A stretch of DNA of 64,000 bases from Patescibacteria group bacterium (GTDB lineage: Bacteria; Patescibacteriota; Microgenomatia; UBA1400; PJMF01), in contig JAZQJV010000018.1 in assembly GCA_045541795.1 (NCBI GenBank), positions 37,857 through 101,856 of the forward strand, written 5' to 3'. Below are positions 9,294 through 18,261 of the stretch, piece after piece. The translations under genes and the position numbers were made by a program. Position 1 is the first letter of the stretch, and every line of letters starts with the position of its first letter. The notes beneath the pieces are model-generated. The model searched no databases. It worked only from the letters and a program-made list of their open reading frames with translations, and was not told the DNA's origin.

Positions 9294-10341
9294 AGATACC
9301 AGATCCGTCCACGTGGGCAATGTCCAAATCGGTGGCGGTGCTCCGGTGAGCATCCAGACCATGGTCAAGGTAGACTCTCACGATCCAGAGGCGTGCATCC
9401 GCCAAATCCTCGATTTTGAAGCCGCTGGTGCCCAGATCGTGCGTATCGGTTTCCTCGATATGGACAGTGTCCGGCAGGTGAGCACGATCAAGCGTCATGT
9501 CCACGTACCCTTAGTGGCCGATATTCATTTTGAGGCTGAACTAGCACTCGAAGCACTGCGCCAAGGCATAGATAAGTTGCGCATCAATCCCGGCAACATC
9601 GGCGGCAAAGACAAGACGGAAGCCGTCGTCAAGGCGGCCGCCCAAAAAGGTGTGCCTATCCGTATCGGTGTCAATGCTGGCAGTCTGCAAAAAGACATCC
9701 TCGCGCGCTACGGCCACCCCACGCCAGAAGCTTTAGTGGAATCCGCCGCCGCTCACATCAAAATCTTGGAAGATCTCGACTTTCACGATATTGTCGTGTC
9801 TCTCAAAATGAGCGACGTCCCCAAAATGGTCAGCGCCTATCGTCTTTTTAGTGAACGTTTTGACTACCCGCTGCATCTAGGTGTCACGGAAGCTGGCCCG
9901 GGTCGCAGTTCCACTGTCAAATCCAGCATGGGTATCGGCAGTCTGTTGCTAGACGGCATTGGTGATACCCTGCGCGTTTCTATGACTGGTGACGGCCGTG
10001 AAGAAGTACTCGTCGGCCGCGAGATCCTCAAACATCTTGGACTGCGGCAAGAACCGATCTTAATTTCTTGTCCTACCTGCTCGCGCACTCAGTGGGACTT
10101 GCTTGAGGTCGCATACAAAGTCGAGCACTACCTTGCCCAAAAAAAAGAACCAATCAAAGTGGCGGTGATGGGTTGCGCCGTCAACGGCCCTGGTGAAGCT
10201 CGGGAAGCAGACATCGGTATTGCCGGTGGTAAGGGCATGGGGATCATTTTTGAGCACGGTCAAGTGGTGGCCACGCTGCCGCAAGAAAAACTGTATGACG
10301 CACTGGTGGCGAGAATTGAAAAAATGACCCAAACTACTTAA
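9280..10341 (+). CDS. ispG: HMBPP synthase (GcpE)
   Basis: VADIHF, RINPGN, IRIGVNAGSL, HLGVTEAG, IGDTLRVS, SCPTCSR and MGCAVNGPGE motifs. Confidence 0.95.
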   Translation: MIQRKDTRSVHVGNVQIGGGAPVSIQTMVKVDSHDPEACIRQILDFEAAGAQIVRIGFLDMDSVRQVSTIKRHVHVPLVADIHFEAELALEALRQGIDKLRINPGNIGGKDKTEAVVKAAAQKGVPIRIGVNAGSLQKDILARYGHPTPEALVESAAAHIKILEDLDFHDIVVSLKMSDVPKMVSAYRLFSERFDYPLHLGVTEAGPGRSSTVKSSMGIGSLLLDGIGDTLRVSMTGDGREEVLVGREILKHLGLRQEPILISCPTCSRTQWDLLEVAYKVEHYLAQKKEPIKVAVMGCAVNGPGEAREADIGIAGGKGMGIIFEHGQVVATLPQEKLYDALVARIEKMTQTT

Positions 10342-10356
10342 TCGCTACAGCCGTGT

Positions 10357-10453
10357 CAGTTATTCGGTAATAAAAATCAGTATTACGGTTGGAAAATTCA
10401 GTTATTCGGTAAAACGAGAAATTTAAATCGAGTATTTATTGTATACGATAAAT
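10357..10453 (+). repeat. Dispersed element, copy C (three 21-bp units plus core palindrome)
   Basis: CGGT at 10365, 10386 and 10407; core TCGAGTATTTATTGTATACGATAAAT at 10428-10453; matches the reverse complement of 14715-14810. A related palindrome AAATTGT-AC-ACAATTT lies at 10503-10518. Confidence 0.85.
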
Positions 10454-10550
10454 TGTTTTTATTCCGGTATATCAATGTATTCATATACCTCACTTTTTAA
10501 GTAAATTGTACACAATTTGTCTACGCTATCTTCTACCGGAAGACTGAAAT

Positions 10551-11003
10551 TTACTTAGTAGTCAAATTTTTATTGAGTGTGCGCAATTCTTTCAGGATTA
10601 ATTCATCAGTGGTGGGCTTTTTGGGTGTTTCATCTTGCTTTTGTTTTTCTTGACGCATGAATTTATTGATCACTTTCACGATCACAAAAATACACGCCGC
10701 CACGATCACGAAGTCGATCACATTTTCGATGAAAACGCCGTACGTGATTTTGGCCGCACCCACATCCAGTGACAAATCACTAAAATCTATTCCGTTTAAA
10801 ATGATCCCCAAAACTGGTGTGAGGATGTCATTGACCAGCGAGCTGACAATTTTGGTGAAAGCTGCACCTACGATCATCCCGATAGCTAGATCGAGCACGT
10901 TGCCCCGGGCAATAAACTCTTTAAATTCCGCCAGCACATTACCAGTTTTTTGCACTGTCGCTGCCGTTTTTAATTTTTCTAAGTTTTTGATTTTAGCTTT
11001 CAT
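10551..11003 (-). CDS. mscL: Large-conductance mechanosensitive channel
   Basis: EFKEFIARGNVLDLAIGMIVGAAFTKIVSSLVNDI and YGVFIENVIDF. Confidence 0.95.
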   Translation of the reverse strand: MKAKIKNLEKLKTAATVQKTGNVLAEFKEFIARGNVLDLAIGMIVGAAFTKIVSSLVNDILTPVLGIILNGIDFSDLSLDVGAAKITYGVFIENVIDFVIVAACIFVIVKVINKFMRQEKQKQDETPKKPTTDELILKELRTLNKNLTTK

Positions 11004-11004
11004 C

Positions 11005-11577
11005 TTAATTTCCTTGTTTGATCAGTCCCATTGTCGCCACCGGCCAGTAAGAGAAAAAAGCCCGGCCGATAATACTCGACTCCTCGATCGGTCCCCAGTA
11101 ACGTGAATCAGAAGACTGCTGACGGTTATCACCACAGACAAAATACTGCCCCTCGCCCAAGACAACTTCTTTGTCGCCCGCGGTATAATCCGCCGCTCCC
11201 GTGATCACGCTGTCAGACAAATAGTTACTTTCATCTAACACTTCACCATTGACGTAGACCTTACCATTAGCGATTTTTACCGTCTCACCAGGTAAACCGA
11301 TGATCCGCTTGATGTAATCACAATTGTCACCGATACATGCATTTAAAGGCGCCTTGAAAACAATCACGTCGCCCCGCTGCGGCTGCCCAAACCGGTAACT
11401 GATTTTTTCCGTCAGTAAATACTCGCCGGTACGCAAATTGGGATCCATACTGTGGCCGTTGACCTGATGCGGCTGCACGATAAAAATATAGATGACAAAA
11501 AAAATCGCCAGGGAAGTGACTACTGTCTCTACAAAATCCAGCACCCAGTCAATAATTTTTTGCTTTGTGATCGTCAT
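11005..11577 (-). CDS. lepB: Signal peptidase I
   Basis: GHSMDPNL (catalytic Ser), RGDVIVF, YIKRIIGLPGE (catalytic Lys), GDNRQQSSDSR. Confidence 0.93.
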   Translation of the reverse strand: MTITKQKIIDWVLDFVETVVTSLAIFFVIYIFIVQPHQVNGHSMDPNLRTGEYLLTEKISYRFGQPQRGDVIVFKAPLNACIGDNCDYIKRIIGLPGETVKIANGKVYVNGEVLDESNYLSDSVITGAADYTAGDKEVVLGEGQYFVCGDNRQQSSDSRYWGPIEESSIIGRAFFSYWPVATMGLIKQGN

Positions 11578-11595
11578 GGCCTTATTATACCACAG

Positions 11596-12408
11596 CTACG
11601 GGCTAAAAGTGACGTTAATTGTGACGGTGTTTTGGTTTTCGGCCGCGTCACTGGCTTGGATTTCTAATTTGTTCTCGCCATCACTCAAACGGTACTCTAG
11701 TTCAAAATATCCGTCTACATCCGCTCTGGTGGAGCGCTCATTGATGATGATCCGCGCGCCCGGCTCACTGTGTCCCTTGATCGTGATTTGTTGCTGGTCG
11801 CGCCCGTGGAATTCCTGGTGATTTTCTGGTGTTTCCAGATCAATTTCTGGTGTCTGCGTGTCCAGAGTGATGGAGTATTCCTTAGTCTGCGCCGAGGTGT
11901 GACCGGCATCGTCAAAACTGTATGCTTGCAGTGTATTTTCACCTTCCTCAAGTTCTAGGCTGGCACTAAATTCACCGTTGAGTGCGACGGCTGTCTGTAG
12001 ACGGCTGGAGTCATCACCATTGAGGATAAACTGCACGCTAGTGCTCGGCGTCCCGTAGCCCGTGAGCGTCAAAATGTCTTGATTGGTATAACTGCTGGGC
12101 GTATCAAAAAGTGGTGTCTGCGGTCGCACGGAGTGATCCGGAGCGACGTATTTGCTGGAGTTGAGTTGTCCTGTCCACTGTACCAAAAACGGGAAAATGA
12201 AAATCAGATAGATCAAGCCGCTTGCAATAATCAAAAAAAAGATAATCAAAATTTGCCAGCGTAAATATGTAGCCGCTTGCTTTTCATCCTGACGGCGTCT
12301 GTTGGTCGCGCCCAAGCGTGAGTTGCCACTAGAGCGTCCCACGGCCACTAGCTGGCGAGAATAAAAAGCTGGTGCCTGATTACTATTTACTAGTCGTGAC
12401 CTGGTCAT
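11596..12408 (-). CDS. Membrane-anchored protein with Ig-like beta domains
   Basis: One TM helix followed by two repeats resembling bacterial Ig-like domains (LEEGENTL, LSDGENKL, DTQTPEI). Confidence 0.7.
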   Translation of the reverse strand: MTRSRLVNSNQAPAFYSRQLVAVGRSSGNSRLGATNRRRQDEKQAATYLRWQILIIFFLIIASGLIYLIFIFPFLVQWTGQLNSSKYVAPDHSVRPQTPLFDTPSSYTNQDILTLTGYGTPSTSVQFILNGDDSSRLQTAVALNGEFSASLELEEGENTLQAYSFDDAGHTSAQTKEYSITLDTQTPEIDLETPENHQEFHGRDQQQITIKGHSEPGARIIINERSTRADVDGYFELEYRLSDGENKLEIQASDAAENQNTVTINVTFSP

Positions 12409-12444
12409 GCCTTGTATTTTACCTTGTTACTGACCATTTGTCAA

Positions 12445-12473
12445 TTGACAAATCAAGTTTTTTTGCATATACT
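12445..12473 (+). promoter_or_regulatory. Sigma70 promoter, leaderless type
   Basis: TTGACA-17 bp-TATACT; ATG 6 nt downstream at 12480. Confidence 0.75.
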
Positions 12474-12479
12474 TACATT

Positions 12480-14627
12480 ATGTGGTCACTTATTGCCATG
12501 ATTTTGTCAGCTGCGATCATTTTCTTGATCGGTTTCCAAGTGTGGCGTTTGCGTCCGTATTCTTATCAGCGCCGCTTATTTTTCTTTTTGTCATTTATTA
12601 TTTCTAGCTGGATGCTTTGTAATTATTTCTCCCTCAAAGTGACGGACAAAACTTTATTTCTGCTTTTTGTGCGCCTCGTGATGATCGTCACGGACTGGTT
12701 ACCGCCCACCTTACTACTTTTTTCTTACTGCTTTCCCAATGGCGTCGTCACGCTCTCACGCCGACGTCTGCATTTACTCATGATCTGGACAGTATTCATC
12801 ACTCTGCTAAATTTTACCGATTTTGTTTTTCCCGATGCCAGGATCGTGGGCGACAGCTGGATCCCGCAAGCAGGGTGGGGGATTGGCTTTGTCTTGATCA
12901 ATATGATCGGTTTGCTGTCTTTGACCGCGGCCAACTTTTTCCGCAAATCGCAAAATGCCGCCGGTTTGGAAAAAGTGCGCCTGACTTATTTTGCCTTTTC
13001 ATTTTCACTGGCGATGTTTTTTGCTGTGGTTTTCAATCTCATTTTGCCGGCTTTCTTCCAAAATCCCGCTCTCATGGACATCGGGATTATGGCCATGGGG
13101 CTTACCTTTGTAGGCACTACGGGTTACACCATGCTCAAAACCAACTTTTCCAGTCTGGATCTTATCATCGCTACAGCGATCTATTACATAGTTTTGCTGG
13201 TGTGGCTGATAATCCCTTTTGCACTTCATCACATCCTTCCTAGTAATGATCATCCATCGCTTGTGGCCGCTACTTTTTTCATCTATTTATTGTGGCTTTC
13301 AGCGTACGTGTATATTTACAATCACTTAGAAAAATTTTTGATCACCAAAATCGTCAATCACGGTGCCGACTGGAATCAAGAAAGTGAAAAATTTTTTGCT
13401 CACATCCAGGATGAACTTGACTTGAAAGAAGTGCTAAGCCAGACGCTTTACTTTTTCCAGCTGCTTATCAAAAACACCGGCACTAGTATCATTGGTGACT
13501 TCATGGATGAGGGGCGGCTCACGGTTTACGGCGATATTCCGTCCAAAGCTACCAAATTACAAACATTAGCCCGCAGCCTGTGGCAGGAAGACCGCACTCC
13601 TTACTGGATCGCCGAGCACTGTCTCACAGACGAGCGTCCAGCTTACAAACGCTTGGGCCAGGAAATGAGAGAGTTTGGTATTGCCTTGATTTTCCCGATT
13701 TATTTTTATGATGATTTTAAAGGCGTGATCGTTTTTGGTGATAAACTCGGCGGCAATCCTTATTTCGTCCAAGATCTAGACATGATCACTCAGACCTTGC
13801 GTGAGCTTTCGCCTCTGATCAATAAAACTGCCATCCACCAAAACACCAAAGATTTTAACGCCCACCTGCAGCGTAAAATCGACCGCGCCACGGCGAGACT
13901 GCGCCGCATGAATGAGCAATTGATCGCGGCCGATAAGCTCAAAGATGAATTTGTCTCGGTAGCCAGTCACGAGCTGCGCACACCGATGACCGCCATCAAG
14001 GGTTACTTGTGGATGGTCGCCAAAAACAACACTCCCGAGGCTATTCCCACCAATCAAAAATACATCGAAATCGCACTCAATTCTACCGAAAGATTAATTG
14101 CCCTCGTCAACGATATGCTCACGATCTCCCGTATTGAGGGCGGACGCTTTGCACTCAATAAAGAAATTTTTGATGCTCGCAGTTTGCTCGATCAGATCCG
14201 CCAAGAATTAGAGCCGATTGCCGCTGGTAAGAATTTGCGCTTTGTCACCAAAAAACCCCGCGAAAAATTAATGGTTAATGCTGACGCCAAACGGATCATC
14301 GAGGTCTTACACAATCTCACGGGCAACGCTCTCAAGTTTACCAAGAAAGGCAGTGTCACGCTCGCCGCCCGCGCCGATGCGCACACCGTCTATATTGATG
14401 TCATTGATACGGGTGTGGGTATTGATGAGGCAGATTTTGCCAAACTTTTTTCTAAGTTTGCCCGCATGGAAAAGTCCTACGTCAAAATCAAAGAAACCGG
14501 TACCGGCTTAGGGCTTTACATCTCCCGACAAATTATGAATATGCATGGTGGCGACGTCACTTTTGTCAGCCGGCTTGATCACGGTAGCACTTTCACCATT
14601 TCTCTGCCGCGCGTAAACGCAAAATAG
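12480..14627 (+). CDS. Multi-TM sensor histidine kinase (7TM-like, GAF-like, HisKA, HATPase); orphan
   Basis: ASHELRTPM H-box, NLTGNALKFT, DTGVGI and GTGLGL boxes; about 9 N-terminal TM helices; no adjacent response regulator. Confidence 0.9.
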   Translation: MWSLIAMILSAAIIFLIGFQVWRLRPYSYQRRLFFFLSFIISSWMLCNYFSLKVTDKTLFLLFVRLVMIVTDWLPPTLLLFSYCFPNGVVTLSRRRLHLLMIWTVFITLLNFTDFVFPDARIVGDSWIPQAGWGIGFVLINMIGLLSLTAANFFRKSQNAAGLEKVRLTYFAFSFSLAMFFAVVFNLILPAFFQNPALMDIGIMAMGLTFVGTTGYTMLKTNFSSLDLIIATAIYYIVLLVWLIIPFALHHILPSNDHPSLVAATFFIYLLWLSAYVYIYNHLEKFLITKIVNHGADWNQESEKFFAHIQDELDLKEVLSQTLYFFQLLIKNTGTSIIGDFMDEGRLTVYGDIPSKATKLQTLARSLWQEDRTPYWIAEHCLTDERPAYKRLGQEMREFGIALIFPIYFYDDFKGVIVFGDKLGGNPYFVQDLDMITQTLRELSPLINKTAIHQNTKDFNAHLQRKIDRATARLRRMNEQLIAADKLKDEFVSVASHELRTPMTAIKGYLWMVAKNNTPEAIPTNQKYIEIALNSTERLIALVNDMLTISRIEGGRFALNKEIFDARSLLDQIRQELEPIAAGKNLRFVTKKPREKLMVNADAKRIIEVLHNLTGNALKFTKKGSVTLAARADAHTVYIDVIDTGVGIDEADFAKLFSKFARMEKSYVKIKETGTGLGLYISRQIMNMHGGDVTFVSRLDHGSTFTISLPRVNAK

Positions 14628-14714
14628 TCAGCGCCAAAATTAACTTTTTTCACCTCAAAAAATCAGTGCCAAAATTATACCGGTGTACCAATTAAATTTC
14701 AAAAATCAAAATTC

Positions 14715-14832
14715 ATTTATTGTACACAAAAAATACTCAATTTAATTTTTCATTTTTACCGAATAACTGAATTTCCCAACCGTAATACTGATTTTTCTTA
14801 CCGAATATGTCATAAAAATTACCGAATAACTC
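14715..14832 (-). repeat. Dispersed element, copy D (four 21-bp units plus core palindrome)
   Basis: Core at 14715-14740; ACCG at 14758, 14779, 14800 and 14821 (exact 21-bp period). Confidence 0.88.
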
Positions 14833-14893
14833 AATTTTGGCGTCATTACTATTTTCCCCATAAAAAACGCGAAATCGGGTGTATAATATCCAC

Positions 14894-15571
14894 ATGTCAA
14901 AATTTAAGTCCGTGACTGCGCACTTGCAAGAGGTTTGGGAAATATTCCGTGCGGACGGCCTTTATTTGATAAATCTGAATTTTTTCATTGGTATCCAATT
15001 ACTCGTCTTTGGCGGTGGGCTGACACTTTTTTATTTTGGTAATCTGCCGCGCTGGTTCACCCTTTTATCCGCCATCATCTGTTTGGGCATTTTTAATATT
15101 TCCCTGACAGGTGTCTCCAAAAATTTGTTTGCGCTCTCGCGCGAGCGCGGTCCTGCTAAGTACCCCGTTTTTCATCGAAGCTATTTGGTGCTCGGTTTGC
15201 CGCTCCTTTTATCTTATTTACTTATCGGCGTCGTGCCGATTTTGATCATTGTCGCCATGGTGTTTGCACTTCTAGCCGGCGCTTTTGCTTATTGGCCGTA
15301 TATTTTTGCTGTCACTATCATTTTTTGTCTGCTTTGGCAGTGGCTGCTCGGCCTGGCGTCGAGCGTGATTTTAGACACCAGAGTCAGCCTCCCAGATGCA
15401 ATCGTCACCAGTTTCCGGCTGGTGCTGCAAAAGCCCTGGCAGACTTTACTCTTGGTGATTATTGATTTTGCTATTTTGATCGTAGGCAGTTTTATCCCAG
15501 TGGTGGGGACTTTTGCCGCCATCAATTGGATTATCATCAGTGCTGGTCATTTATATTGGGGTCTCAAGTAG
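14894..15571 (+). CDS. Hypothetical multi-pass membrane protein
   Basis: About 5-6 hydrophobic helices; TATAAT lies 6 nt before ATG 14894. Confidence 0.7.
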   Translation: MSKFKSVTAHLQEVWEIFRADGLYLINLNFFIGIQLLVFGGGLTLFYFGNLPRWFTLLSAIICLGIFNISLTGVSKNLFALSRERGPAKYPVFHRSYLVLGLPLLLSYLLIGVVPILIIVAMVFALLAGAFAYWPYIFAVTIIFCLLWQWLLGLASSVILDTRVSLPDAIVTSFRLVLQKPWQTLLLVIIDFAILIVGSFIPVVGTFAAINWIIISAGHLYWGLK

Positions 15572-15576
15572 TGACT

Positions 15577-16437
15577 ATGCCGGTATCTTCGCGTCTACAT
15601 TTTCTGGCGGCTGGCTCTGATCTCGGGGTCCATGTAGATGGCAGCGCGCGCGGCCCACGGCGGATTATCCAAACTCTGGGCGTTGAAGACCAGACCACGT
15701 TTTTGGATGCGCCGCTTATCGCCAAGTCGCACGCCGTCACTGATCGCGCTAAAAATAGGCACGCCCTGCAAGAATTTAACCGTCGGCTGTACGAGACTGC
15801 AGTGGCGATCAATAAGGAAAAATTTGTCATCACTCTTGGCGGCGATCATGCTGTCGCCATTGCCTCTGGCCTAGCTAGCCTACACGCTCGCCCGGGCAGC
15901 GGTATTATTTGGTTTGATGCCCACACGGATTTTCACCGCCTGGATACTACTATCACTGGTAACTTACACGGCTTGCCGCTGGCGGTGCTTACAGGTGTGG
16001 AGCCAGCGCTCAATGACCTTTGCCCCGGCAGTTTTTATGATCCTGCACGGGCCGTGATCGTCGGGGCGCGCAGTGTGGATGCGCCCGAGTGGGAAAACTT
16101 GCGCGCGGCTGGCGTGACGGTGTGGGGCAGCAGCGACATCAAAAAGCGGGGGATCGTGGCGGTTCTTGATGAAGCTTGGCAAATCGCAGCTGCTGGTGCC
16201 GGTATCCATTTTAGTTTTGATTTGGACGTCATTGATCCGCGCCTAGCGCCCGGAGTGTCGGTGCCAGAAGCAGACGGCCTGGATTCTGCCGAAGTCCAGA
16301 TGGCGGCCGCTTGGCTGCACGCTCACGCGGCAGACCTTAGTGGTTTTGATCTGGTAGAATATAACCCAGCCCGTGATCGCGCCGACAAAACCCTAAGCTT
16401 GGCGGTTTACCTTTTGCGGCAAATCTTTGCCTTGTAA
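15577..16437 (+). CDS. rocF: Arginase (ureohydrolase family)
   Basis: GGDHA, DAHTD, GNLHG, SFDLDVIDP and VEYNP motifs. Confidence 0.85.
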   Translation: MPVSSRLHFLAAGSDLGVHVDGSARGPRRIIQTLGVEDQTTFLDAPLIAKSHAVTDRAKNRHALQEFNRRLYETAVAINKEKFVITLGGDHAVAIASGLASLHARPGSGIIWFDAHTDFHRLDTTITGNLHGLPLAVLTGVEPALNDLCPGSFYDPARAVIVGARSVDAPEWENLRAAGVTVWGSSDIKKRGIVAVLDEAWQIAAAGAGIHFSFDLDVIDPRLAPGVSVPEADGLDSAEVQMAAAWLHAHAADLSGFDLVEYNPARDRADKTLSLAVYLLRQIFAL

Positions 16438-16501
16438 TTGACAATTTTTTCCGTATCGGTTACAATGAGTTAGAAAATAAACAGTAGCCGAAAGCAAAAT
16501 T

Positions 16502-18154
16502 ATGATTAATAAATTCACGCCCGAGCGCCCAGTTGCTTACTTTAGTGCTGAGTTTGCGATTGACTCTAGTTTGCCGAGTTATGCCGGCGGTTTGGGAGTT
16601 TTGGCGGGTGACATTCTCAAGGAGGCTGCTGATCTTGGCATTAATATGGTTGGCGTCGGCCTGCTGTACAAAGGTGAAGATGCGCGCCAGGTGATTACGC
16701 CAGAAGGCAAACAAGCAGAAGAAAACATCGACTTTATCCCGCAGGAGCACGGCCTGGAGCTTGTCCGCGGCAGTCTCGGTCAGCCTCTGGTGGTACAAGT
16801 TCATCTCACTCAAGTAGATTTATGGGTCCAAGTGTGGCGCCGGCGCATTGGCGAGACAGTGGATTTATATTTGCTGGATCCGGATAATGAGCTCAATCAC
16901 AAGCACGAGCGGCGGCAAGCCTGGGCGATTTATGCCGGCACCCAAGAAGAAATCATCAAGCAACAACTCATTTTGGGCATCGGCGGTGTGAAGGCTCTGC
17001 ACGCTATGAATCTCCAGCCCGCACTTTATCACGTCAATGAAGGCCGGCCGAGTTTTCTGCACTGGCAGCTCATCCGTCAGGGGATGGATTTGCAAGGATA
17101 CAGTTATCAAAAAGCCAGCGAGCACGCCAAAAACATGACCGTCTACACCAATCACACCGTCGTTAAAGCCGGTAATCAGACCTATGACCTCGATCTGATG
17201 AAAGCTTACGTCAAGTACTTCAGCGAGCGGATGGGGATTAGCGTTGAGCGCTTACTAGCTCCCGGTACCGACGAAAACGGTCGTTTTGACGTCTCACTTT
17301 TTGCCCTCAATACTTCCCGCAAAGCCTCGAGCGTTTCCAAGCCGCACTTTAGCATCTGTCAGCAAAACTGGCCCGAGTACAGCTGGACTAATGTCACCAA
17401 CGGCGTCCATTTCCCCACCTGGACGGATAAACGTTTCCACGAAGGCAAACTTTCTGACGAAGACATTTGGCGTTTCCATCTAGAAAACAAGCGGGCGACC
17501 CAGAAACTGATCCAAGAGCGTACCGGCTTTGCTTATGATCCGGAATGCCTCATCCTTACCTGGGCACGCCGTTTTGCCACCTATAAGCAGCCAGATCTCA
17601 TTTTCCAAGACATCGAACGGCTGCGCAAGCTCCTTTTGTCCACCAATCGTCCCGTACAACTCTTGATGGCCGGCAAAGCTCATGTTTTTGATGAACGAGC
17701 CAAGCAAATCATCAGGGAAGTAATCAGTTACATGAGCCAAGAACTCAAATTCCATGCCCTGTTCATCCCCAATTATAATATGGAAATGGGAGCCGCCCTC
17801 ACTAGAGGCAGTGACGTCTGGCTCAATACCCCCATCGTTGGTCAAGAAGCCAGCGGCACTAGCGGCATGAAAGCAATCAGCAATGGTGTCTTGCAGCTCA
17901 CGGCTGTAGACGGTTGGACGGCCGAGGTAGACTGGTCGGCTGCCAAGGCCGGCTGGGCACTTAGTTATCCAGATACCCGCGAAAGCTTTTTTGGCTTGAT
18001 GGACGGCCAAGTTTTGCCCACTTTTTATCATCGCGACGCCGATGGCCTGCCGCGCGGCTGGATTAAGATGATGCGCGAGGCAATCAAGCTTTCCCGTCAG
18101 TACTCCGCCACGCGGATGCTCAAAGATTACGACGCCAACCTTTATCAACAGTAA
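16502..18154 (+). CDS. glgP: Alpha-glucan (glycogen) phosphorylase, compact form
   Basis: AYFSAEF, YAGGLGVLAGD, HVNEG, TNGVH, ARRFATYK, GKAH and EASGTSGMKA (PLP lysine). Confidence 0.9.
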   Translation: MINKFTPERPVAYFSAEFAIDSSLPSYAGGLGVLAGDILKEAADLGINMVGVGLLYKGEDARQVITPEGKQAEENIDFIPQEHGLELVRGSLGQPLVVQVHLTQVDLWVQVWRRRIGETVDLYLLDPDNELNHKHERRQAWAIYAGTQEEIIKQQLILGIGGVKALHAMNLQPALYHVNEGRPSFLHWQLIRQGMDLQGYSYQKASEHAKNMTVYTNHTVVKAGNQTYDLDLMKAYVKYFSERMGISVERLLAPGTDENGRFDVSLFALNTSRKASSVSKPHFSICQQNWPEYSWTNVTNGVHFPTWTDKRFHEGKLSDEDIWRFHLENKRATQKLIQERTGFAYDPECLILTWARRFATYKQPDLIFQDIERLRKLLLSTNRPVQLLMAGKAHVFDERAKQIIREVISYMSQELKFHALFIPNYNMEMGAALTRGSDVWLNTPIVGQEASGTSGMKAISNGVLQLTAVDGWTAEVDWSAAKAGWALSYPDTRESFFGLMDGQVLPTFYHRDADGLPRGWIKMMREAIKLSRQYSATRMLKDYDANLYQQ

Positions 18155-18223
18155 CGTATACATCTTGACGCCAATAATTTGAGTTAGATCGCCTCTGTTT
18201 GTGGTCAGTGTCTAAATTACCTC

Positions 18224-18251
18224 TTGACAAATTACAATTTTGTGGTATAAT
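18224..18251 (+). promoter_or_regulatory. Sigma70 promoter of the RND operon
   Basis: TTGACA-16 bp-TATAAT with extended TG. Confidence 0.7.
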
Positions 18252-18261
18252 AGATAGGTTA

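Noticed and set aside
14756-14832. CRISPR array
   Set aside because: The 21-bp units are contiguous and degenerate with no unique spacers, and there are no cas genes.
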